Shown piece by piece: positions 19,389-30,930 of a stretch of 64,000 bases of DNA. Below the pieces are notes generated by a model. The model worked only from the letters and a program-made list of their open reading frames with translations, ran no database searches and was not told where the DNA came from. Position 1 is the first letter of the stretch. Every line of letters begins with the position of its first letter. A program made the position numbers and the translations under genes. The DNA is from a virus, in the IMG/VR virus record IMGVR_UViG_3300046799_000011, positions 1-64,000 of that record, one strand, 5' to 3'.

Positions 19389-19530
19389 CGGAGACAACAC
19401 ACGGAGCGCTTGCGCTCTAAGGGTCACGTGTCAGACCAGTTGACACCCTACGGATTCAAACCGAACCTGCCATAAAATAATTGTCCTGGAATGTCGGATT
19501 TATACCTTATATTGGGAAATAGAGGAATAA

Positions 19531-19776
19531 ATGTATTCATTGGAAGATATAGCCCGCGCTATCACCATATGGCACGATGCGAGGGACATGGTTACTTTTG
19601 AGCATGTAGCCAGCATGATGTACGACATCGAGCGGGAAGAGTTCATCAATATACTTTCAGATCTCTACCTGATTCGGGAAAAGTTCAAGCCAATCCCTTG
19701 GTACGAGCCTGGACCTACATGGAATAAGGAACGGGAAATGATGTGGGTTTGGGTTGAAGACGAACCTGAAAACTAA
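19531..19776 (+). CDS. hypothetical protein
   Basis: GAGGA RBS; followed by bidirectional terminator 19780-19822. Confidence 0.6.
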   Translation: MYSLEDIARAITIWHDARDMVTFEHVASMMYDIEREEFINILSDLYLIREKFKPIPWYEPGPTWNKEREMMWVWVEDEPEN

Positions 19777-19824
19777 ATAGAAAAGCCCTAACGGATTATT
19801 ACTATTTCCGTTAGGGCTTTTCCG

Positions 19825-20533
19825 TTAATTATCGATTTCGTCTTCTTTAGAAGTCTGGTCGGGATTTTGTGCTAATAACTGATCCCAATCTATGTCTTTA
19901 ACTGAATGCCTGGCCGCATGAAGAGCCTCAAGGAATAGGTGCAGGTATTCAAGTTCTTCCCCGCTGATTACTATGTCAATAGTATGACCAGGCTCATCAA
20001 GAGTTATGCCGATTCTATCCAGATCATAGGCAGAGAGGATAATACCGGAATCAAATTCTGCTACTAGCCCTTCCCCTTTCAGTAAGTCATCAACCATACT
20101 GTCAAATACGTCTAGTCCCTCAGACATAGCCATCTCCAAAACAATTTAGGCAATCCGCATCTTCATATCTATCCATTCCTGTACCAAAACAGGCATTGCA
20201 TTTAATCGGAAAATCTTCAAAGTTATAATTTAACAGAAATTCGGACTCATCCTCAAAGTATTTATCTGTATCAAACTCTTCAATTTCGGTATTCACGTAG
20301 TTACTCTTGTTTCCTTAACTTCTGTAGTTGAGAGTCATGGTATCCATACCAGATCCGAGTCTTAGTGGTGCAGTCATACTGTTCTTCAGCCAGTTATTCA
20401 GGGCAGTCTCAACACTACTACGAGAATAGACCTGCAAAAGCTGAGTAGATATTTTACGAATAGCGTCGGCCTTGTCTGTAACAGTAAGCTGGAGTATATC
20501 TCCCTTTACTGGTGCGACGGTAACCGTTGGCAT
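19825..20533 (-). CDS. small genes 19825-20127 (acidic), 20120-20296 (DnaJ-type zinc finger), 20315-20533
   Basis: CNACFGTG...CLNCFGDG in the hand-translated middle ORF. Confidence 0.6.
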
Positions 20534-20541
20534 TTTTCTCC

Positions 20542-22032
20542 TTAGTAGTCTACATCGAATACGGCTGCTACATCTTCAACTGGTACAGCGGAGGGTAGTT
20601 CTCTGAGCTTACTCATGTCCCCCATCTGCCCGAATATTCTATCGGCAATTCCTACTTGACCCTGCTGCTTGGCAGTAACCGTAAGGGAAAAGCCCTCTTG
20701 TTCCATGTCATGCTTGGTCTTTACGAGCTTATTCCATCTATCGATTTCACTGGACAGAATAGGATCAGCGTGACCGCCTTCCGCATCCTCAGCCATCTTC
20801 ATGAAGAGGATTCGCTGTAATTGCATCTCTACAATACTGTCCATCGCCGCCTGAAGTTGTTCCTTGGTACGCAGGGTGATAGGGATATCATACGCGCAAG
20901 TCGAGTTTTCTTCAAACATAGGACACTTGGTAGCAAGGAAACAGGTATCGCAGACGCGCATGGATTCGCTACGGATCTTAACCGTAGGAATCTCAACCTC
21001 TTCCATTTCCCCTGTGGCCTTATTGCGTCTCTTCTCACTGTTGAAGTCAAAATCAATGAGAGGGATTATCTTTCTTTGACTAGGATCTCTAGGAATTGCA
21101 GTTGGTAGTCTATTCCGAGTAGGTTCTAAGACACTACCAACTGTGTCGTTCTCGTTTTCCGAAAAGTCTTCGTTAGGCGTAAACACCTTTGTAGTTACTC
21201 CTCTAGTAGATTTTGCATTAATTGAGTCTACGAACTGTGACCAGGACCACAGGGAAAGTCTAAGAAGTTCCTTGGGATCATCCGCTATTATCTTTTCTAC
21301 ATCAAAGCCAGCGGCTTCAATGACGAATCTTTCCTTACGTCTGGCCTGTTCCTTCTGTTCCTTGGAATAGCTCTTCAATTGGTTATGTGACCAGACGAAT
21401 GTAGCTCCATACTTCTGGGGTGAAACCCATGAGGTGGAAGACACGGAAGTCCAATTGACTGCCTGCATAATATCCTGCTTAGTCATGGCTAATCCGTGAA
21501 GCTCAATCCCCCTTGATGCCATTCTATTGAGAGTAAGGACAAGGTCTCTTCCGTTGAGATTAGTCTGAGTAATTCCAACCTTTCCGAATCTGTCTGCCAA
21601 GTCATTGAGAGAGTCCATTCCGTTACCACTCGAAGTCCCGGGATGCCAGATCGGTAGGAATTTGTCAAATAGCAGTTCTCTAGGCATTTCTCTGCGTGTC
21701 TCAAGGTATTGAGTACCCAATTGTAGAGCATCAAATTCTGAGTAGAGTTCGATTTCGTTGATATTGTCAGCCACCCACTCATAGTAATGCTTCGCTATTC
21801 CTCTCAATTCATCATTAGTATATTTATTTTCCTTGGCCGAATTCAGTACTTGACAACCGGAATCCACAAATAAAGAATGTCCCTCAGGAAAATACTTTGA
21901 GACTTTCCAGGGATTATTGAAGTTAGTACGTCCACGTAATCCTAAATACGACAAGGAGCTACTTACCGTCCCGGTTTCCTTTATAAGGTTCCTATAGGTT
22001 GGTAAGTGAGCCCCTTGAAAGTAAAGTTTCAA
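20542..22032 (-). CDS. TGT/DpdA-like TIM-barrel protein fused to a Cys4 plus helical domain
   Basis: LFVDSG, EFD, PIWH, HGL, SVSSTSW...YG; C-terminal CDTCFLATKCP..C. Confidence 0.55.
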   Translation of the reverse strand: MKLYFQGAHLPTYRNLIKETGTVSSSLSYLGLRGRTNFNNPWKVSKYFPEGHSLFVDSGCQVLNSAKENKYTNDELRGIAKHYYEWVADNINEIELYSEFDALQLGTQYLETRREMPRELLFDKFLPIWHPGTSSGNGMDSLNDLADRFGKVGITQTNLNGRDLVLTLNRMASRGIELHGLAMTKQDIMQAVNWTSVSSTSWVSPQKYGATFVWSHNQLKSYSKEQKEQARRKERFVIEAAGFDVEKIIADDPKELLRLSLWSWSQFVDSINAKSTRGVTTKVFTPNEDFSENENDTVGSVLEPTRNRLPTAIPRDPSQRKIIPLIDFDFNSEKRRNKATGEMEEVEIPTVKIRSESMRVCDTCFLATKCPMFEENSTCAYDIPITLRTKEQLQAAMDSIVEMQLQRILFMKMAEDAEGGHADPILSSEIDRWNKLVKTKHDMEQEGFSLTVTAKQQGQVGIADRIFGQMGDMSKLRELPSAVPVEDVAAVFDVDY

Positions 22033-22036
22033 TTAA

Positions 22037-23119
22037 TTACTCCGAAAACTTATGTAGCGGTTGATTAGCTGCTGATTCCCAAGCCTTTGCGGTAGAAGCC
22101 AGTCCCTTGTCTCTTCCTCCCGCAGCAGCGGACTTTCTACGTGCCTGAACTGCCTTTGACTTTGTCTGTGCCCACGCTTCCAACTGTGATCCCTTAGTGG
22201 CAATTCCTCCAGACTGCACATTGCGAGAACCTACAGTGAATTCATTGGTTCTGGGCTGATTAGCGGTAAGACTGGGAAGTGTCTGGTTAGAAGAACCTGT
22301 CGGATGCTGATGTGTAGGGAAAGGGCTATTACTCTTAGTGGATACGTCAGAGAACTGAGGCCCTACAACGGGCTTCTGAGGGGCTGGGGAAGCGGGCATG
22401 ACACTTTTCCCTTCAGGTGAGCTGAAAGAGGCTGTAGCAGGCCCTGTAGGGCTTCCTTGGGCCTTCTGTGGAGCAAACTGGTGTGAGAAAGTTGTAGGTG
22501 CGATTTTCTGAGCCTTAATTGGCGTATGTGTAGCCACAGGGCTGGAGAATCCAGGAGTCAATGAAGGAACTTTTGGTGCAGTTGTTGTAGTCATTGGACC
22601 TCCCTTACTTCGCTTATTGGCTTCTTGAATAGCCTGTCCGTGTGCGTAGTTCTTCTGGCTCTGTTGTGTTTTGAATTGTGCTTGCTGGAACTTAAGAGCT
22701 TCACCATGAGCAAAATTACGCTGTTGCTGCATTGTAGTAGCCTGCTTTACTCCGGCTGCCTGTGCTTGCTTTGCCTGAGCGGTAGGCTTCATGGCAAATG
22801 TACGTGGTGGTGCGCCTGCTGCTGGTGCTACTCTACCAGACTTTACGCCTGCTGCTTGCGCCTTAGCTGCCTGGTTGGCTTGCGTCTGCTGAGCCTTCTG
22901 CTTACGGGCGAAGTTAGCCTGTCCTTGCTTGACACCTTGAGCCGCACTCTGAGCAAATCTCTGCTTATTCGCCTGAGTAGTCTTTACATTGGAAATATGC
23001 TGAGCCTTTAGCTTACTGCTTCTTTCTGACAAGTGCTTTTGCGCATGCTCGAATACGTTGGTATTGAATTGGCCACCTAAACTGTTGATGGCTCCTGTGT
23101 CTGGAATATTTGCGGGCAT
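22037..23119 (-). CDS. Gln/Ala/Pro-rich low-complexity protein
   Basis: Internal repeats AQAAGVK and N(F/Y)AHG(E/Q)A. Confidence 0.7.
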   Translation of the reverse strand: MPANIPDTGAINSLGGQFNTNVFEHAQKHLSERSSKLKAQHISNVKTTQANKQRFAQSAAQGVKQGQANFARKQKAQQTQANQAAKAQAAGVKSGRVAPAAGAPPRTFAMKPTAQAKQAQAAGVKQATTMQQQRNFAHGEALKFQQAQFKTQQSQKNYAHGQAIQEANKRSKGGPMTTTTAPKVPSLTPGFSSPVATHTPIKAQKIAPTTFSHQFAPQKAQGSPTGPATASFSSPEGKSVMPASPAPQKPVVGPQFSDVSTKSNSPFPTHQHPTGSSNQTLPSLTANQPRTNEFTVGSRNVQSGGIATKGSQLEAWAQTKSKAVQARRKSAAAGGRDKGLASTAKAWESAANQPLHKFSE

Positions 23120-23140
23120 TTTTTCTCCTTTGAGAAAACC

Positions 23141-23638
23141 TTAGAAGTCTAGAAGTCGGGTATCTGTTGCTCTGGCCTCTTGCTGTCTTACCTTCTCTGC
23201 CAGCAGATTATTCCAAGGAGTTGGTTCGGTAGAGTGTCCAGGACGGAAATCGGGATGAGTATATTGTGGGTGAAGGAATAGCATAGTAGGAATTTGTGCC
23301 TGAAGTAGTCTTGTTGCAGCCTCTGTATCAGATTCATAAACCATAGAAAGAGGGCCTTGCTTTCTTAATCTTCCTATTTGTGCCATTCTACGAATTACGA
23401 TATCTTCGGAATCCATGTCATCCCAATAGATTTCATTAACGTGTTCCGTAAGGGAATTCATAAGCAGCCAGTATTGCACCTTCTCTTTGGCACCACTGTC
23501 AATAATGAGGGATACTCTATGGTCCTTTACTAATGACTTATATATAAGGAGTCCTGGAATAATAACTGATGAGTCATTAGGTTGTCTCAGTATTCCATTG
23601 ACTACTATTGCTACGTGATTACCCCAGGATTCTGCCAT
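23141..23638 (-). CDS. degenerate HAD-fold protein
   Basis: IVVNGILR where DxDG is expected; overall HAD-like layout. Confidence 0.4.
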   Translation of the reverse strand: MAESWGNHVAIVVNGILRQPNDSSVIIPGLLIYKSLVKDHRVSLIIDSGAKEKVQYWLLMNSLTEHVNEIYWDDMDSEDIVIRRMAQIGRLRKQGPLSMVYESDTEAATRLLQAQIPTMLFLHPQYTHPDFRPGHSTEPTPWNNLLAEKVRQQEARATDTRLLDF

Positions 23639-24520
23639 TTAATTCTCCTGATTAATTATCTCATTGAGTGCGTTTACTATTCCGGATTCCTTAGCAGATT
23701 GCCATTGGAAATTATAGAAATCTCCGTAGCCTTCTCCTTGATTAGAAAAGGCATGCTTTCTGCCAAGATGAAGACTGTCGAACAAGGTACGTGCCTCTGC
23801 CTGTACAAGGGCTCTGTGGCGCTTGTTGTTGACCTCCTGAGGGGTTCCCATAGCTATCGTGGAACCTTCTGCCCGTACGCTGTTATAGCGGCTTACAAGG
23901 GCGTGTGCGGCTTCCTTATTGGCATCGGCCTGAGCGTAATAGTCAGACGGGTAAAGGGCATGAGGATCTGAAGGTAAAGAAGGTGGCTTTATCGTCCACT
24001 CATCCTTGGTCAAGTTATACGCCGCATAAGGATGAATATTGGTAATGGAGTTAGGTGTGGCTTCTACATAGTCATTGAGGAAATAAGTTACTTCATATGT
24101 TTGTTCCAGCCACCAACCTTCCTCGGTTTCATAGCCTAAACCAACATGGGAAGTTCTTGGCCACAGGTTCTTGCGTAGGTCTTCAGTGAATACGTCTGCT
24201 ATCTCGTGTCTGTCCATCCATTGGAAATTTGGATTACACGTAACAAATTCCGTATAGTCTATTCCGAGTAGTACATCGAGATCACCGTTTCCACGAGACG
24301 CAGCCCACTGGTAACTGACTCCGCTACCTGCCAGCCAAGCCATACTCCATAACTCAGGGCTATTATATTTACCCCCAAGATAATAGAATAAGCTGTCAAG
24401 GATAGTCTTTCTGACATAAGGTCGGATATGCTCACTGTCTTCAAATAGGTGGGGGTCAAGAGTACTGGAAGGCTTGCTGAAGTAGCTACTGGCCCCAGTT
24501 TCAAGTCTAATATCATTCAT
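23639..24520 (-). CDS. Pol-beta-superfamily nucleotidyltransferase
   Basis: LAGS.VSYQW......DLDVLL signature. Confidence 0.7.
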   Translation of the reverse strand: MNDIRLETGASSYFSKPSSTLDPHLFEDSEHIRPYVRKTILDSLFYYLGGKYNSPELWSMAWLAGSGVSYQWAASRGNGDLDVLLGIDYTEFVTCNPNFQWMDRHEIADVFTEDLRKNLWPRTSHVGLGYETEEGWWLEQTYEVTYFLNDYVEATPNSITNIHPYAAYNLTKDEWTIKPPSLPSDPHALYPSDYYAQADANKEAAHALVSRYNSVRAEGSTIAMGTPQEVNNKRHRALVQAEARTLFDSLHLGRKHAFSNQGEGYGDFYNFQWQSAKESGIVNALNEIINQEN

Positions 24521-24545
24521 ATAAGTATCCTACCGTAGAAACGAA

Positions 24546-24581
24546 GAAAAGGGAATAGAGAGATTACTCTATTCCCTTTTC
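24546..24581 (-). terminator. intrinsic terminator after lysin
   Basis: gaaaagggaatagag...ctctattcccttttc. Confidence 0.7.
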
Positions 24582-24592
24582 AGTATATTAAA

Positions 24593-25474
24593 TTAGTTGG
24601 CTAGCTCTGCACCAAGCTTCTTTACTACCGCAGTAGCAAGAGCCTCTATGTCAATGACTGGTGTAGAAACGGCTGCTACCGCTGCCTGAAGCGCAGTAAC
24701 CTGAGTCTGAATGGCGCGAACCTTCATACCAGTGTCTGCAACGTAAGAACGCAGTTGCCAGAACTCATTTGTCTTGATGTCTCCCGCATCAGATGGAGCA
24801 CCAATAAGGCCATCCATAGTAAGTACGGTCTTGGCGATTAAATTAGCATCTGCCTGTGTTACTGCCACGTCTTCCTCCGAAGTATTCTGTACGAATGATA
24901 GTGTCCATGCTATTAATGCCGCACGGCTGGTGAATAGGCTGTAGTTATGATCAACGCCACCAGCAGTTGAGTACTGATGGAATGTCCACTTGTAATCAAT
25001 TCCAGGGCTTCCCGCAGCCTTACCGGCTGTTGCGATCCATAGGAAGTCACCACAATAGCTATTGGTATCTACGTTGGTCCAATAGTCAGGGGAACAATAC
25101 ATTCCTACAGGATTGTTCGGTAACTTACCCTTCATGTACTTCAGGTAAGCATCCTTATAGGCTCGCTGTACAGCCTTGGAAACATTCTTGTTGTTAGTGT
25201 CGTAGCCTTCCCAGTCCAGTACTACAATCTCACCCTTTTTAGGGGTTACCTTGGAAAGGAAATAGTCCGCTTCGCTCTTAGGACTATTGGCCATATGTGG
25301 ATAATGGTAAAAACCGACAACCAGGTCAGCCTTAGTCGCTGTAGTGTACTGGCTCTTCCATTTTGGACTCTCGTAGGAAAGTCCCTCAGTTACCTTCAAG
25401 AATACATAGTCGATGTCCGCAGTAGAAGGTGTAGCGGATTGATATCCCGACCAGTCCTGTCCGAATAGTCCCAT
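24593..25474 (-). CDS. endolysin, GH25 muramidase
   Basis: GQDWSGYQ, KVTEG, GFYHY, LDWE, FHQY, VDHN. Confidence 0.85.
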   Translation of the reverse strand: MGLFGQDWSGYQSATPSTADIDYVFLKVTEGLSYESPKWKSQYTTATKADLVVGFYHYPHMANSPKSEADYFLSKVTPKKGEIVVLDWEGYDTNNKNVSKAVQRAYKDAYLKYMKGKLPNNPVGMYCSPDYWTNVDTNSYCGDFLWIATAGKAAGSPGIDYKWTFHQYSTAGGVDHNYSLFTSRAALIAWTLSFVQNTSEEDVAVTQADANLIAKTVLTMDGLIGAPSDAGDIKTNEFWQLRSYVADTGMKVRAIQTQVTALQAAVAAVSTPVIDIEALATAVVKKLGAELAN

Positions 25475-25476
25475 AC

Positions 25477-26409
25477 TTATGCTCTTAACTTAGAAGGGTC
25501 AATCAAAGAAGAAATTCTCTGTGCCTCTTGCTGTTGTTGTGCTTGGTACTGCATCATTGCCGCGCGTTGTTCCATCACGATAACGGTAGACATAGCAGTC
25601 TGCTGAATCTGACAGCCCGTACCAACGTTGGCACAGCCACCAACGATATCATCCATTGTCGCAGTTCTCTGCATATCGAGATCCTTGTCAGCAAATTCTG
25701 CGTACGCAGACCATTGACCATCAATACCTTGGACGATAAGGAAGGCAGTGGTTACTTCCTCAGTAGTGTCTTCCTTCTCAGCCAGTAACTCTGCGGCCTT
25801 TTGCTTCTGTAGTTCAGCGAAATCAATTGTCATTCGAATTATGATCCTTTACTTACGTAATTCACTTTTAACGGATTGGTGATAAGGGCAATACTCACAA
25901 ATGAAACTACGCTTGATCTTGGTTTCATCGTAGGTAGGAAGTCCAGCAATCTTACGTTCTCTGGAAGTATTAGGCTTGATTTCCATATGAGGACTCAAAT
26001 AGTCAGCACACTTGGGAGCGGTGTTGGACTTGAATGCGGGACGGTTATGTCTTTGGTAGCATTCCAGAGCATCAGATTTGAATGTATTCTGTACATCGTA
26101 GAAGTCCTGATCAAATCCAGTACGACCACCACTTTCAAGAATCTTCTTAGTGATGTCCTTACGATATTCCGGATCCTTCCAGTGACGTGTAGGCACGAAT
26201 CCCAGCATGCACCACTCCAATACGTGACGATCCTCAAAGGAAGGGTGTCTGCGTAGATGTGTCTCAATGATATGACCAATACGAGGATCATTATCCGCTT
26301 CATCCGGCTTGTAATCCGTAAGTTCTTCGATAACCTGACAAGGATGGCAGACCAGTAAGCCGGTCAGATGCACATTCTTGTCTTTGTGCGGATCAAACGT
26401 GTCTGTCAT
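25477..26409 (-). CDS. hypothetical genes 25477-25833 and 25849-26409 (Cys/His-rich)
   Basis: ORF track. Confidence 0.7.
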
Positions 26410-26458
26410 GTAGTAGTCCTTTTTGTATTTCGTTTCATGGCCATTTTATACTAACACG

Positions 26459-26506
26459 AAAAGCCCCATTCTTCAACTACGTATGGTAGCGAAGAATGGG
26501 GCTTTC
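26459..26506 (-). terminator. terminator of the nlpC-rpf operon
   Basis: aaagccccattcttc...gaagaatggggcttt. Confidence 0.7.
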
Positions 26507-26508
26507 CC

Positions 26509-27659
<1,151 letters not shown>

Positions 27660-27734
27660 GACGATCCAATCGATAGACAATAAGGACAGTTATTACGCCA
27701 CCTGGAATGTCTTGATTTTGTAACAACACCGCAA

Positions 27735-27764
27735 AGCATAGACCCTCAGCCAACGATCTGTCAA
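27735..27764 (-). promoter_or_regulatory. HrdB-type promoter for nlpC-rpf
   Basis: TTGACA-N18-TATGCT overlapping a 9-bp IR. Confidence 0.6.
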
Positions 27765-27796
27765 CTGAGGGTCATGTGGTGCGTGTTGAATCTGTA

Positions 27797-29130
27797 CTAC
27801 CAAGCTTGCCCTAAAATACCAGAATCTTCAAGACTTTCGAACTTATTCTGGTGGAATCTAGGGTTTGCAACATACTTGTTCTGTCCGGGTACTTCAACCA
27901 TTCTAGGCTCTCCGTAACCGTAGTACAAGAGGTTGAGAGACTGTCGGGTTTCGTAGGTAGACATGTCATTCATCATGCCACCTTCGCTGTTGGGGTGCAA
28001 GTCCTTGTACTTACCGTCAGTTGCACCACGTACTAGAGACGCATTCATTGATCTAGATGCATTAATCGCCATATTACTTCGCTTTCTTTGGTCTGCCCGC
28101 TGACTTCTTTACTACTTTAACAGGCTTGGGCGCTCTGTAAGCGGCGGCGGAAGGGGCCTGTACTACCTTAGGATTCTTTGCTGTGCCAACGGTTCTTTTA
28201 TCCGTGGCACGTCTTGGAGCCGCTACGGCTCTCTTTGCTGCCATGATTACTCCATTTATGGAAGGGAAGGGTTCTGCGGGAAGGATGTGCCTTGATAGCC
28301 TGACTCCGTACCACTGAAATCACCGAAGGAGGCTGAGAAGGTATCGTCCACTGACAAGATATCCAGGATTCCGGGAGTAGTTGTTCTATACCCAAACCTA
28401 TTGGGTACTCTTCCTATATTAGGAATAGGCGGACGTAGATTATTGGCATCAGCATAAGCATTGGCTACTAACTTCGCTGATACAAGTTGTTCTGCAAAGG
28501 ACTGAGAAGGGCGTCGGAAGTTATATACGGAGTCGCCTTGGTACTCACGCTTTGAATAATCATAATTCTGATTCTGCTTTTCCACTATATGCTTCTCCCG
28601 CTTCCAGAGGCTGACCAACCAGGTAAGTTTACAGAGCTATGGAACTTTCTGATATTGGGATCGATATTACCTGCTACTTGAGGATCATAGGCAATATTTA
28701 ATTCCTGAGCCAGCTTCTTGGCAGCCTCGTTAGTCATGAACTTACCACCATGAGCAAGTCTTTCAATTGGATTACCCTCAGCGGAATATCTCTTCTTATC
28801 TCCGGCCAGTCTTCTATCCAAAGAAGAATACGGAGTCAAGTCATCAGGCCAGAAATAAGATTCGGCACCAATGATTGATCCTTTATGTACCCCTCGGGTA
28901 TATGAACGGGCATTATTACGTACAGTCTGAAGTAGCTTATCCTGTCTTCTGTCAATAACAGAACCTAGATAGCCATCAGGGTATTGGGCTTCAGGTGTTT
29001 TTCCTGTAGCTGCTGCAATACGGGCATCAAGAATGGAGCGGAAACCAGAGATAGCCATTCCTCCGCCACCACCATATTGGGTCACAGAGCCTTGCTGTCC
29101 TACTGGTGGGTTATAACTCATGTTACTCAT
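27797..29130 (-). CDS. small putative virion/late proteins 27797-28072, 28074-28244 (Lys/Ala-rich), 28256-~28585, 28585-29130
   Basis: Tiled ORFs; MAAKRAVAAPRR...KKSAGRPKKAK hand-translated. Confidence 0.6.
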
Positions 29131-29470
29131 CGATATCTACCTCCAATTTTGCAGCTATCTTCTTAAGTATTTCTTCTGAGCGCAAATCAGCGGCTAAATC
29201 CAATTCCAGTTTCTCTCTATCCTTGTCGGACTGACGATTCTGTGAAAATAGAATAATAGGCGCGGCATAAGATGCCTGAAGTGATAAAAGTAATGTCATG
29301 AATATAAAGGGATATCTATCAAACTCCCAGTTATAGGAAGTAAATATATTCCATAAAAACCATACGACTACAAATAACGACATTCCGCCAATGAATTTAA
29401 TGGATCCGAAGAATGCTGCAAATCTGTCAAAAGCAGTAGTTAATCTGCTGTCGTTGGTCTTCTGATCCAT
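29123..29470 (-). CDS. DUF1003 membrane protein
   Basis: FD.YPFI..TLLLSLQASYAAPIIL.SQNRQ..DR. Confidence 0.85.
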   Translation of the reverse strand: MDQKTNDSRLTTAFDRFAAFFGSIKFIGGMSLFVVVWFLWNIFTSYNWEFDRYPFIFMTLLLSLQASYAAPIILFSQNRQSDKDREKLELDLAADLRSEEILKKIAAKLEVDIDE

Positions 29471-30027
29471 TACATTGCTCTCCCGTACTTAGCCTTAGCT
29501 CTGAACTGATCTGTCCAGGAACTACGGGATGGCATCATAACGACTTTCTTGCAGATCTCAGAGGCTTCAGCGGCGTTCTGAGCGTACAGAGTAGCTGTTG
29601 GGTGGAGTGTTGCCCCCATCTTCTCAAAAGAGGCTCTACGGTTCCCTTTTGTGCCGTCTAGGGCATCTCCCTGCTTGCCTCCTCCACCCTTGGGACGCAT
29701 ACGACCGCGCTCAGGCTTGCCAACGCGGGATAATACTGCTGCGGAAGTTCCCATAGTTGGACGACTCCCTGTGCCAATTTCTTCGGCCATAATTTCTCCT
29801 AATTAAGAACGGTAATAACTCAATGCTCGGTTTTGTGAATAAGTAGTGGAACTCATACCATTAGAACTTCCGCCAATAGGTGAGAGCACAGAAGCGGGTG
29901 AGTAGTTCTTTGGTGCCATCTGCTGAACTGTACGAGTAGAGCCTTGCCCTACCAAGCCGGTAGCACCAGAAGAGAACTCAGCAGTTCTGGATTGCGGAAA
30001 ACTGTTATCCGCTGGTTGTGCGGGCAT
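29470..30027 (-). CDS. hypothetical genes 29470-29790 and 29803-30027
   Basis: ORF track; GGAG RBS. Confidence 0.65.
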
Positions 30028-30044
30028 ATAGACCCTCCCTGTAG

Positions 30045-30341
30045 TTAAGAAACTATTACCTTGAAAGTCATAGCGCTTATCTCTCCATCATCCATTTGTA
30101 CTGTAGTAAATCCAGGTCGGCAGGATAATACACTGCCTCGGGGACCTACATAGGACTGAGCGATAGCCAGGGCTTTCACTGACTGGTTTACAGCAGCCGC
30201 ACCAATGGCGCGAAGAGTAATCTCCTTATTGGCATATACGTTATTTGCTATAGCTGCTGCAAGAGATGCTGCGGAAGAGGATGACTTCACTTTAAGAAGT
30301 ACCTCGTTGTAATTCGTGTCCTTTACCATATTTTTCTCCAA
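30045..30341 (-). CDS. spoVS: SpoVS-family (Alba-like) protein
   Basis: LKV.S.S....LA.AIA...AIGA.AVNQ.VKALAIA...PGF. Confidence 0.85.
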   Translation of the reverse strand: MEKNMVKDTNYNEVLLKVKSSSSAASLAAAIANNVYANKEITLRAIGAAAVNQSVKALAIAQSYVGPRGSVLSCRPGFTTVQMDDGEISAMTFKVIVS

Positions 30342-30376
30342 ATTTTTAATTCATGTCTTCATTCGATTATACAGAC

Positions 30377-30415
30377 AAAAAGACCCTGTCACCATTATAC
30401 GATGACAGGGTCTTT
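30377..30415 (-). terminator. intrinsic terminator
   Basis: aaagaccctgtca...tgacagggtcttt. Confidence 0.7.
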
Positions 30416-30441
30416 CAAGGGAGATAGCAAAGGAGGAGTTG

Positions 30442-30930
30442 CTAAGACGAGTATAACATATGGGCAATGCCATAAGCATCAGCTATGTTATTGTCTGTTA
30501 CCTCGGGATCCCATAGTTGTACGGCGCGCACCATCTCTTCCTTGCTAGCTTTGCCGTTGCCGGTAACATACTTCTTGAGAGCACTCGGTGCAACGTCGGA
30601 TGGGGTACTACTAAATATAAGGTGGGATGAGAGTTTGACGATTCCGCCGAGTTCCCCGAGTTTTTCTCTATTGAGCTTTGCTCCGTAGGCATAGCCTTCC
30701 ATTCCTATATGTGTAGGGACAGTGTAGTGCCGATATAAAGAAAAGAACTTTAGTAAATCATCATAGATCTTTACTAAGCGGGCACCTTCGTCTTTGAATT
30801 TATTCAATGGGTATTTCAATAAGCTTTTTTGGCGACAATAGCCAGTCTCATCTAATACCACAAGCCCGAAGCCACTATAACTTTGGTCAATACCAATGTA
30901 AAGGGCTTCGGGCTCAGGTAGATCACTCAT
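30442..30930 (-). CDS. ruvC: RuvC-like Holliday junction resolvase
   Basis: IGIDQS, MEGY, KKYVTGNGKASKEEM, DNNIADA. Confidence 0.85.
   Translation of the reverse strand: MSDLPEPEALYIGIDQSYSGFGLVVLDETGYCRQKSLLKYPLNKFKDEGARLVKIYDDLLKFFSLYRHYTVPTHIGMEGYAYGAKLNREKLGELGGIVKLSSHLIFSSTPSDVAPSALKKYVTGNGKASKEEMVRAVQLWDPEVTDNNIADAYGIAHMLYSS

Noticed and set aside
19395-19472. tRNA-like sequence (three hairpins, ATTCAAA loop, ends in CCA)
   Set aside because: No acceptor stem can be formed and arm lengths are wrong.
24521-26460. Phage-specific late promoter motif TTCGT...-10
   Set aside because: Spacing is inconsistent and TTCGT is explained by terminator U-tract ends.
27660-27735. c-di-AMP (ydaO) riboswitch upstream of nlpC-rpf
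   Set aside because: Leader is too short and lacks the GAAUC/GGAAC/GGGUGAAU/GCUAAC motifs.
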